Shown piece by piece: positions 9,101 to 15,676 of a DNA stretch of 15,676 bases. Location: NCBI GenBank assembly GCA_001563335.1, contig LRSL01000078.1, positions 1 to 15,676 of the forward strand. The letters run 5' to 3'. How positions within the stretch are numbered: the stretch's first letter is position 1; each line of letters opens with the position of its first letter. The stretch comes from Candidatus Thorarchaeota archaeon SMTZ1-45. GTDB lineage: Archaea; Asgardarchaeota; Thorarchaeia; Thorarchaeales; Thorarchaeaceae. The notes under the pieces are model-generated. The model did no database searches. It was given only the letters and a program-made list of their open reading frames with translations, and had not been told where the DNA came from. Made by a program: the position numbers and the translations under genes.

Positions 9101-10567
9101 ATAACACTGGAGCGAGTTTTAGAGTATCCTCGGGCGATGATGCTCTTAGATACTTCACATGGAGGTGGGTTTGGGTCGCTCATGGGAGATATAGGAGGTC
9201 TGGGTGACACAGGGAACCTTACTGGGGATACTGGAATCGGCTTTCCACTAGCCCAAGAAGACACATCAGATGATGACACAATGGGGATGGACTTCAGCCT
9301 GAATGATCTTGATAGTCTGGGATCCATCACTGGTCTCTTTGATTCATTTAGAATGACTACATTCTCTGGGCTATCTAATATGAAGAAGACAATGGCAGAT
9401 GTGGGTCTTGACCTGATAGAAACACCGGGAGTGGAGTTAGACGAAGATCTACTTGCGACTTTCTCGACTGTCTTCATAATTGCTCCAACTGAAGAGTTCA
9501 ATCAGACAGAGATAGATATTCTCCGAGAGTTCACACGCAATGGAGGAACATTGGTCATTCTTGGTGACAATGATGACAACGCAAATACAACTGCACTCAA
9601 TCCATTGCTTTTGGAGTATGGTTACTATCTTTCAGGGAGTCATGATAAAGAGAATACAACAGATATTGTGACAACGAAACCATTGGGTCTCGGTTTGGAT
9701 TGTGTTTGGCTGGGTGGCGGAGCATACATTATGAACAATCAATCTCAAGCTAACGTTAGACTTGATGGAAACAGCGTCGTGGTTTTAGATTCCACAGACC
9801 CGGAACTCGCTATCTTTAGCTCATCGAAAATCTTCATGAACAAGAATCTTGTGAAATGCAACAATAGTATTCTACTAGACAATCTGAATCAATTCCTACT
9901 TCGAAACACTCTGAGTACATCAACAAGTCTTTCAGAGGACACTTTGTATTATCAGGCGGGCAGAAGTGTCTATGTCAATTTACAGATATCAGATTACTAT
10001 GGAAATCCGGTCAATGACTTATTCGTCGCAATCGCGTACGAGCTTCCGAACGGAAGTTTGACATTCTTCATTGCCGGTTTCGTTGAAGACGGTCTCTACT
10101 CATCACAATTTGCACCTAGCTACTGGAGTTCAGAGGGGAGAATAAACGGTATTTTCCTCATTCTTGGTGATGAGAACTATGCCATGACATATGCTAGTGT
10201 AAGCTTCTATTTGTTCGAGATTGAACCCACAATACCTACCGAACCAACAATTGGACTCCTTACTATGGCGGAACTTGCACTTCTTACATCTTTAGGGATT
10301 TTCGGTGGACTCATTGGATATTTGGTCTGGAACCGAAGAAGAATGAAAAAACGTCTCAGGATTCCTGAGATTGAACCTGAGCTCGTTCGAGAGATAGATA
10401 ATACACTAATGGCATTATTGGCAGCCTTCACGCAACTAGAGGACCTCATACAGAGAGAAGACCTTGATAGAATACAGAAAGTTGAGGCACTCCGCGTTCT
10501 CATGCAAGATATTGAAGAAGGACGTAGGATGTTCGAACGCGTGAGCGATAAAGTAGGAGGTGTGTGA
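6185..10567 (+). CDS. Large membrane-anchored subtilase-family (S8) protein, probably catalytically atypical: signal, I9-like propeptide, S8, beta domains/CARDB-like Ig, GIFT (GldG/IFT52/DUF4350-like), Ig-like, TM, cytoplasmic helical tail
   Basis: VIAVLDTG (Asp, 6719), GHGT (His, 6812), FSGRGP and KPDLVAPG motifs; nucleophile motif reads ADTTTASAAITAGAAA instead of SGTSMAxPxVAGAAA. GIFT-like 'LLDTSH...LLATFSTVFIIAPTEEFNQTEIDILREFTRNGGTLVILGD'. TM at about 10256-10330 followed by RRRMKKR. Probable true start is ATG 6200. Confidence 0.88.
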   Translation: MRSDSMAGLKQTLMHLIQKLAAYFLVYIIIVSGLSVFPPVVGISPYVTEPMNKIDDSLLNQTSLDQRLDVLVGYDEKAGEIKAKNAVLFADHTAELIDTFESIGMLHVKMLGSSIVDLAKEAFITRIWSNEVATIEQIQITTDATSSLEDYVPLIDRIGARDLWDAGYNGTGTVIAVLDTGVDPLHPDFSVSAFASFVEADTLPLDLVGHGTYAASIAAGSGNMSEGIYAGIAPGATLLSAKVTLGGLFAAPSWIVSGIEWASSRGADIILLPFNTLGAPDDAVSEAIEIAANKGIFVIAASGDDGPDYLTVMSPGGNAASFCVGAYDTEKQEIPDFSGRGPSLSLLTKPDLVAPGVGVVGAKAGVGLSSLGFGDISLSDLGNLGGLGGLLGGSLGETIDENYTIADTTTASAAITAGAAAILLQAFDRVTPITLANVLRNTATPIGYGANDGGAGLLNLQAAFNYLSTKQTPGDPHTRATSLPLLALGLITASGTDASTTLLMSSFGTTLVALDERNPQDSGIHLMMGMFSIKWNNENPMNLMMFDVKSELHQVVSASAITPYNRYVGVLSYNDSIYVTFKVESYNLTTYSPLPLTALRITPYILNLGSEPIENVSLYVSYSLDLYLDGESDHGKYDLDNQQLFAYGLSESYGNFYVGMNSSIPLSAFEVGNSSNIANHVSDNNLTGSTVFDGDVGLAMQWDFGALDVDDLANVTIAMGFGENRSVLDASIDAMWQYDIPAGALTQGDLIVVESDVPRIAKAGQTYQSRAVIMNIGEENSTAIGAMMVVEGSADEGTLFARYFSYDVIEPFKAKVLMTDWRPETEGVRTAAWAVSTGLDQIVNLVSNPAELLLTIGVGILDDFILRDVFIITPISSTSVFPKELPFAPFDIRFPADFGLYSFVLSTTESLGNLTITNYGNASEWGNMSLTSADTIEGFYDFSLFLLSPPIGMDGYHRCDYVLKTEAGWSDNITLERVLEYPRAMMLLDTSHGGGFGSLMGDIGGLGDTGNLTGDTGIGFPLAQEDTSDDDTMGMDFSLNDLDSLGSITGLFDSFRMTTFSGLSNMKKTMADVGLDLIETPGVELDEDLLATFSTVFIIAPTEEFNQTEIDILREFTRNGGTLVILGDNDDNANTTALNPLLLEYGYYLSGSHDKENTTDIVTTKPLGLGLDCVWLGGGAYIMNNQSQANVRLDGNSVVVLDSTDPELAIFSSSKIFMNKNLVKCNNSILLDNLNQFLLRNTLSTSTSLSEDTLYYQAGRSVYVNLQISDYYGNPVNDLFVAIAYELPNGSLTFFIAGFVEDGLYSSQFAPSYWSSEGRINGIFLILGDENYAMTYASVSFYLFEIEPTIPTEPTIGLLTMAELALLTSLGIFGGLIGYLVWNRRRMKKRLRIPEIEPELVREIDNTLMALLAAFTQLEDLIQREDLDRIQKVEALRVLMQDIEEGRRMFERVSDKVGGV

Positions 10568-11567
10568 TGTGGGAAAATCTGATGTCAAAGAAACCCATCG
10601 TGAGATTGACATCATCGACCTCCAAGTGGCGTTTGGTGACTTCTACGCCTTGAAAGGAGCGTCTTTCTTCGCAAATAAGCGAGAATTCCTTGGTATAATT
10701 GGAGCCTCAGGAGCTGGTAAAACAACAGTTCTTAGAGTACTCACAGGACAAATTGACCCAACTAGTGGAAAAGCATTCGTTGGCGGATATGATGTCACAA
10801 AGAAGGCAAAGCTGATTAGTCTTCTCGTAGGCTATGTTCCTCAACTTGAACATCTGAGTCTGTACTATGATTTCAATGCACTTCAAAACGCTCAATTCTT
10901 CGGAAGGATGTTCGGTCTCAGACCAAAGGAGATTGAAGAGCGAGCGAGAAATATCCTCACAATTCTAGGCTTTGATGAGGAACTAATCACAAAAAGAATA
11001 GAAAGACTCTCAGGCGGAGAACGCAAGAGAGTGTCAATCTGTCTTGGGATGATCCATAATCCCCCTGTGCTTTTGCTCGATGAGCCCACCACCGGGCTAG
11101 ATGCCCATCTACGACATGAAACCCTGAACTACCTGAAGGAGCTAAATTACGAGCTGGGCACAACAATGGTCATCATTAGTCATGACCTTGAGATTGTCGA
11201 TTACTGTACACGAGTATGTCTGCTAGAAGAAGGAGATGTGAGTCAATTCGGGACTCCAGAGGAATTGATCTCAACACTACCTGGAAGAGGAGAGAGCATA
11301 CGTGTTGTTATGCATGCTTTGACTCCTGAAATCATCAAGCGGATAAATTCACTCCCAAGAGTACAATACACTGCACCAGCTGGCAGGAACGCAATGAAGC
11401 TATTCATAGATAATCCGGATCAGCAGCTGCTGCCAATCATCAAGAAACTAAATGAAATGAAACTACCATTCGAGGAGGTCAGTCTTGTTGAGGCAGACTT
11501 CTTTGATTATTTCCAGGTCAAACCCTGGAAACATATTCCTAGTGAGCTAGGAGGAACCACATCATGA
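10560..11567 (+). CDS. ABC ATPase (DrrA/CcmA-like), second NBD of the operon
   Basis: Walker A GASGAGKT, Q-loop GYVPQ, LSGGE, Walker B VLLLDEP, H-loop SHD. Probable true start is GTG 10569, after SD GGAGGTG (10556-10562). Confidence 0.95.
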   Translation: MCDVGKSDVKETHREIDIIDLQVAFGDFYALKGASFFANKREFLGIIGASGAGKTTVLRVLTGQIDPTSGKAFVGGYDVTKKAKLISLLVGYVPQLEHLSLYYDFNALQNAQFFGRMFGLRPKEIEERARNILTILGFDEELITKRIERLSGGERKRVSICLGMIHNPPVLLLDEPTTGLDAHLRHETLNYLKELNYELGTTMVIISHDLEIVDYCTRVCLLEEGDVSQFGTPEELISTLPGRGESIRVVMHALTPEIIKRINSLPRVQYTAPAGRNAMKLFIDNPDQQLLPIIKKLNEMKLPFEEVSLVEADFFDYFQVKPWKHIPSELGGTTS

Positions 11568-14500
11568 AGACATATCATGTGATTATAGCCCTATTGATTG
11601 TCTGCACGCTTGCAGGACTGCAGCTCCAGACAACAGACACGGGTATGACACCCGTGACAATCACGAGTCCACAGGTTCAAGAGGTTCCACACTCACTCGC
11701 GGAGATTGCACCATTCAACACGGCTATTGTATGGTCTACCACAACGGGAAACCAGGTTGTGGACCTTGTTGTTGATAACTTCGATGCAGATGCGCGAGAT
11801 GAGGTGGCGGTCATCACCCAGAATGGTACTCTGTACCTCTTCGATGACAATAGCACACTTTTGTGGAGACTGAAGCTTGGCTCGACACCACGTGCTCTCG
11901 CATCCATGGATGGTACTGCGGCTTCAGGCCAAGAGATACTCATAGGAACAGACTATGGTGTCCTTGTGGTCGGAGCTGATAAGACAGTTCAGATGAACAT
12001 GTCATTGCCAGAACCAGTCCATGCTGTTGGAGGTGGTCATCTTGATGGTGACGGTCTTGAAGAGGTCGTTGTGGGCTGTGACGATTTCTATGTCTATGCT
12101 TTTGAGATTGACACGACTCCGCTCTGGAGCTATCTGAGTAATGGCAGGGTTCGTCTGATCGCTGGTGCGGATATTGATGCAGACACTCGAACTGAGTTTG
12201 TTGTGGCTTCTGAGGGGAAGCGGTTCACCCTCTTGCAGGACACAGGCACTATGGTGTTCGAAAAGTCAAGCCCGACAGATATCAGAGTCATAGCAATGGG
12301 AGATATCACCACAGCAGGGAACTGGGATGTGCTCTATGGAAACAGCAATGGAACTCTCAATGTTTGGTACGATACTGGAGCCCTTGCATTCAAGCTCGAG
12401 GTTGAGAGTAGCATATCGGCCCTGAGAGTCGGAGACCTTGTGACTGGAGGAAGACATGAGTTCGCTCTAGGCACTGCATCAAACCAACTACGAGTATATA
12501 CATCAGCTGGCGTACTGTCTTGGAACAAGACCATGGGTGGACAACCCAATGACATTCGATTCCCCAACATCGGAGCCACTGCAAATGCACAGGTCCTCGT
12601 TGGTACTCCTAATACACTCACGACATACAACACCACTGGTTGGCGTGTGAACCAGTTCACTGCTAATGGATTCACGGGCGCTTTGAGTATCGGAGACCTT
12701 GATAACTTCGGTGGGGAGGAATATGCCTTTGGTACGAACGTAGGTGGCGTGTCAGTGTATGGCAGGGACCTTGACAAGGATGGCCTGGCTGATGCTCGTG
12801 AGATTATCATGGAGGGTACGTTCTACGATGACTCCGATAGCGACAACGATAATCTAAACGATGGGCAAGAAGTGCTTACATATGGCACAGACCCGCTCAA
12901 AGCCGACTCGGACAATGATAAGCTATCTGACTTTGCTGAGGTAATTACACACGGAACAAATCCCAATTCTGCAGACACAGATTCCGATAAACTCACTGAT
13001 TGGCAGGAGGTTTACCTCGGTACAAATCCGAATCAAGCGGACACAGATTCGGACTCGCTTACTGATTATGAAGAAAATAATATCACTCTGACACTCCCTA
13101 CTGACCCAGACAGTGATTCTGATGATATCAATGATGCACAGGATGATAATGATGGTGATGGTCTCACCAACATCCAAGAAGTTCGTATCACAAAGACAGA
13201 TCCTAACGATGTGGATACGGATGGAGACCTAATCTCAGATTATTATGATGACCAGGATGCAGACAACTTAGCAAACTGGAAAGAGATACAACTTGGAACA
13301 GGAGTCTATGATCCTGATAGCGATGACGACCTCTTGAATGACGGGTATGAAGTGAAGACGAGCAAGACCTCACCACTCAATGAAGACACAGATGGAGATT
13401 CATTGACTGATTATGAGGAAGTGGTGATTGTCCATTCAGACCCACTCAAAGCCGATGGAGACGAGGATGGTCTTTCGGACTACGATGAATATGTTGTCTA
13501 TGGTACTGGAGTCTTGGACAGTGATAGTGACGATGACAACTTGAATGATGGAGACGAGGTCAATACCTACTTCACGGATCCCCTGAATAATGACACTGAC
13601 TCTGATAATATTGAGGATGGACTAGAGGTCAATTTCTGGGGCTCAGACCCGAACTCAGCTGACACAGACCTTGACAATCTTGATGACTTTGCAGAGTGCT
13701 ATGTTTGGAACACAAACGTGACAAATAGTGACACAGATGGTGACACTCTAGGAGATGGGCTTGAAGTCCTCACTTATGGAACAAACGCCTCTTTAGTTGA
13801 CACAGACTTTGACCTGCTTCGAGACCCAGACGAGGTGAAGTATCTTGCTAATGGCTGGGACCCAACGAATCCTAATACCTTCGATGCTGGGACTTTGGAT
13901 GGAAACTGGGACTTCGATAGTGACAGACTCACAAACTATCAGGAGATTTACCTAACGCGCACAAACCCAACGCTTGTGGACTCTGGAGGGTTACCACTCA
14001 CTGATGATCTTGAAGATAGCGACCTTGATGGTTTGAACAATTATGATGAATTATACGTGGTTTTCACGCACCCTAGAAACCCGGACAGTGATTCTGACAA
14101 GGTGAAGGATGGAGATGAATGGAATGTTCTCGGAACCAATCCTAACGATGAAGACAGTAACGATAATGGTGTATCGGACTATGATGAGGACTTTGATGGT
14201 GATGGGCTTAGCAATGGAATAGAGTTGTATATCACAAAGACTCTGCATGATGATGCAGACACGGATAATGACTTCATCTCTGACTATGATGATGATGAGG
14301 ATGCGGACTTCCTACCCAACTGGTTTGAGGTGGAGATGACTGGGACAGACCCCTTATACAATGACACGAATGATAATGGAACGTTCGATTGGGAGGAGGA
14401 CTCTGACAATGATGAACTTACGAATCTCGAGGAGTTTCTACATGATTGTGATCCACTAGCTGCTGATACAGATTTAGACGAACTGACTGATGGAGAAGAA

Positions 14501-15676
14501 GTCCTTTACACTCACACGGACCCAACAGACAGTGATGATGATGATGATGGGATTCTCGATGGGCAGGATGACCAAGATAATGATGGTCTCACTAACATTG
14601 AGGAACTTAGGACCTACGATACCAATGTGACTCTGTGGGATACAGATGGAGATCGACTTAGAGATGGACTTGAGATTGATATTGGTCTCAATGCTACAAA
14701 CCCTGATAGCGATGGCGACACATTATATGATGGATGGAATGATGGCAATCTTAATGGTGTCTATGAACCACTCCTTGGAGAGCGCGGAGAGGACGTCAAC
14801 GCGAATGGTGTGGTCAATGTAGGTGAAACATCACCATTTGAGGCTGACAGCGATTTTGATGACTTGGACGATGCCGAAGAGTACCTCTACGGAACAAGCC
14901 CCTTGGATGAGGACAGCGATAATGATGGACTTCTTGATGGAGAGGAAGTCAATGACTATGGAACGAACCCCCTCAATGAGGACTCTGACTCTGATCTTCT
15001 TTCTGACTACATAGAGGTCGAGCTTACCAATACAGACCCGAACAACATGTGGTACAATGGAACTCACACCCATTACATGATTGATAGTGATGGGGACTTG
15101 CTAACGAACGGAGATGAGATTGATATCTACGATACAAATCCTGGAGACTTCGATAGCGACAATGACAACATTGGAGATGGATATGAAGTACTCATCTACC
15201 TTTCAGACCCGCTCTCGAGTGATAGCGATGGTGATGGACTTCAAGATGATGATGAGCTGTTCTATGGCACAAACATCAATGTTCAGGACACAGATGGAGA
15301 TCAGCTCGATGACTTTGTGGAAATCGAGTATCTGGGAACAGACCCATTGTTACCATCCACCAACATGAATGGTACCTTAGATGGTGATCTTGACAATGAC
15401 AGTGACGGACTATCTAATGCAGTGGAGATTTATGGATATCACTCGAACGCAACGGCTCCAGATAGTGATTTAGATGGACTAAACGATGGCTTTGAGGTCT
15501 ATGTATCAGGAACCTCCCCCACGGATCAGGACAGCGATGATGATCAGCTCAGTGACTATGTCGAGTACTGGATTTATCATACTGACCCAAGCGGCACAGA
15601 CAGCGATTCTGATGGACTCGATGACTACTTCGAAGTATATTTCTCATTGACCTCTCCAACGTCTTGGGACACTGAT
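11564..15676 (+). CDS. Giant secreted Ca-binding surface protein/adhesin: signal peptide, 8-bladed FG-GAP-like beta-propeller, long thrombospondin-type-3-like (DxDxDGLxD) repeat region (partial; continues past the right edge)
   Basis: ATG 11564 overlaps the upstream TGA (ATGA), with SD GGAGG at 11550-11554. Manual translation MKTYHVIIALLIVCTLAGLQLQ... shows no stop for 1371 codons to the window end. Not in the ORF track. Confidence 0.93.
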   Translation, partial: MKTYHVIIALLIVCTLAGLQLQTTDTGMTPVTITSPQVQEVPHSLAEIAPFNTAIVWSTTTGNQVVDLVVDNFDADARDEVAVITQNGTLYLFDDNSTLLWRLKLGSTPRALASMDGTAASGQEILIGTDYGVLVVGADKTVQMNMSLPEPVHAVGGGHLDGDGLEEVVVGCDDFYVYAFEIDTTPLWSYLSNGRVRLIAGADIDADTRTEFVVASEGKRFTLLQDTGTMVFEKSSPTDIRVIAMGDITTAGNWDVLYGNSNGTLNVWYDTGALAFKLEVESSISALRVGDLVTGGRHEFALGTASNQLRVYTSAGVLSWNKTMGGQPNDIRFPNIGATANAQVLVGTPNTLTTYNTTGWRVNQFTANGFTGALSIGDLDNFGGEEYAFGTNVGGVSVYGRDLDKDGLADAREIIMEGTFYDDSDSDNDNLNDGQEVLTYGTDPLKADSDNDKLSDFAEVITHGTNPNSADTDSDKLTDWQEVYLGTNPNQADTDSDSLTDYEENNITLTLPTDPDSDSDDINDAQDDNDGDGLTNIQEVRITKTDPNDVDTDGDLISDYYDDQDADNLANWKEIQLGTGVYDPDSDDDLLNDGYEVKTSKTSPLNEDTDGDSLTDYEEVVIVHSDPLKADGDEDGLSDYDEYVVYGTGVLDSDSDDDNLNDGDEVNTYFTDPLNNDTDSDNIEDGLEVNFWGSDPNSADTDLDNLDDFAECYVWNTNVTNSDTDGDTLGDGLEVLTYGTNASLVDTDFDLLRDPDEVKYLANGWDPTNPNTFDAGTLDGNWDFDSDRLTNYQEIYLTRTNPTLVDSGGLPLTDDLEDSDLDGLNNYDELYVVFTHPRNPDSDSDKVKDGDEWNVLGTNPNDEDSNDNGVSDYDEDFDGDGLSNGIELYITKTLHDDADTDNDFISDYDDDEDADFLPNWFEVEMTGTDPLYNDTNDNGTFDWEEDSDNDELTNLEEFLHDCDPLAADTDLDELTDGEEVLYTHTDPTDSDDDDDGILDGQDDQDNDGLTNIEELRTYDTNVTLWDTDGDRLRDGLEIDIGLNATNPDSDGDTLYDGWNDGNLNGVYEPLLGERGEDVNANGVVNVGETSPFEADSDFDDLDDAEEYLYGTSPLDEDSDNDGLLDGEEVNDYGTNPLNEDSDSDLLSDYIEVELTNTDPNNMWYNGTHTHYMIDSDGDLLTNGDEIDIYDTNPGDFDSDNDNIGDGYEVLIYLSDPLSSDSDGDGLQDDDELFYGTNINVQDTDGDQLDDFVEIEYLGTDPLLPSTNMNGTLDGDLDNDSDGLSNAVEIYGYHSNATAPDSDLDGLNDGFEVYVSGTSPTDQDSDDDQLSDYVEYWIYHTDPSGTDSDSDGLDDYFEVYFSLTSPTSWDTD
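11717..12766 (+). repeat. Eight ~40-aa FG-GAP/VCBS-like propeller blades
   Basis: Blade cores: DNFDADARDEVAV, MDGTAASGQEILI, GHLDGDGLEEVVV, ADIDADTRTEFVV, GDITTAGNWDVLY, GDLVTGGRHEFAL, PNIGATANAQVLV, GDLDNFGGEEYAF; N-terminal NTAIVWS could supply the closing strand. Confidence 0.8.
12767..15676 (+). repeat. Protein-level tandem array of bacterial TSP3-like Ca-binding repeats: 36 complete long units (mostly 22-23 aa) plus 10 short (11-12 aa) units
   Basis: Consensus D-[ST]-D-x-D-x-L-x-[DN]-x-x-E-x4/5-T-[DN]-P-x3, e.g. DSDNDNLNDGQEVLTYGTDPLKA; counted by hand. The DNA is diverged between units. Confidence 0.92.

Noticed and set aside
6185-10567. Subtilase as a decaying pseudogene
   Set aside because: Uninterrupted 1460-aa frame with intact signal, TM and coupling to both neighbours; the deviations noticed are at active-site motifs.
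14534-14548. (GAT)5 microsatellite as a phase-variation site
   Set aside because: In-frame triplet encoding the DDDDD of a normal short repeat unit; slippage would not shift the frame.
714-15368. About 28 short alternative-frame or antisense ORFs in the ORF track (e.g. 5160-5570, 9064-9501, 12334-12810, 14823-15014, 15114-15368)
   Set aside because: All lie within or largely overlap long, motif-bearing CDSs and have no recognisable motifs; the Met/Thr-rich and Ile/Val-rich ones are frame shadows of GAT/GAC-rich repeats.
12767-15676. Roughly 66-69-nt periodicity suggestive of a CRISPR array or DNA tandem repeat
   Set aside because: Conservation is at the amino-acid level with free synonymous variation; there is no identical direct repeat and the region is one open frame.
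11564-15676. RTX / type I secretion substrate of the adjacent ABC transporter
   Set aside because: No GGxGxDxLx nonapeptides, an N-terminal hydrophobic signal is present, and there is no membrane-fusion protein or fused HlyB-type ABC in view.

Overview
Gene-dense archaeal window with no RNA genes, mobile elements or CRISPR visible. TATA-type promoters, GGAGG/GGTGA ribosome-binding sites, many N-glycosylation sequons and the protein repertoire suggest an Asgard-type archaeon (inference; not checked against any database). Left arm (minus strand): a TPR protein with a C-terminal Zn-ribbon (runs off the left edge, missed by the ORF track) and a 784-aa six-hairpin glycosidase-like protein. Right arm (plus strand): a tightly coupled operon of at least 5 genes. 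These are (1) an ABC-2 permease; (2) an ABC ATPase with a ~240-aa N-terminal extension made of two tandem domains resembling the TrmB sugar-binding barrel; (3) a 1460-aa membrane-anchored subtilase with Thr at the nucleophile position and a GIFT (GldG/IFT52/Wbp1/S1P-type) domain; (4) a second ABC ATPase; and (5) a secreted protein of more than 1371 aa (missed by the ORF track) with an 8-bladed FG-GAP-like propeller followed by at least 36 Ca-binding DxDxDxLxD repeats. Best candidate for an undescribed system: a GldAFG-like, possibly sugar-regulated ABC machine coupled to a probable pseudo-protease and a giant Ca-binding adhesin.
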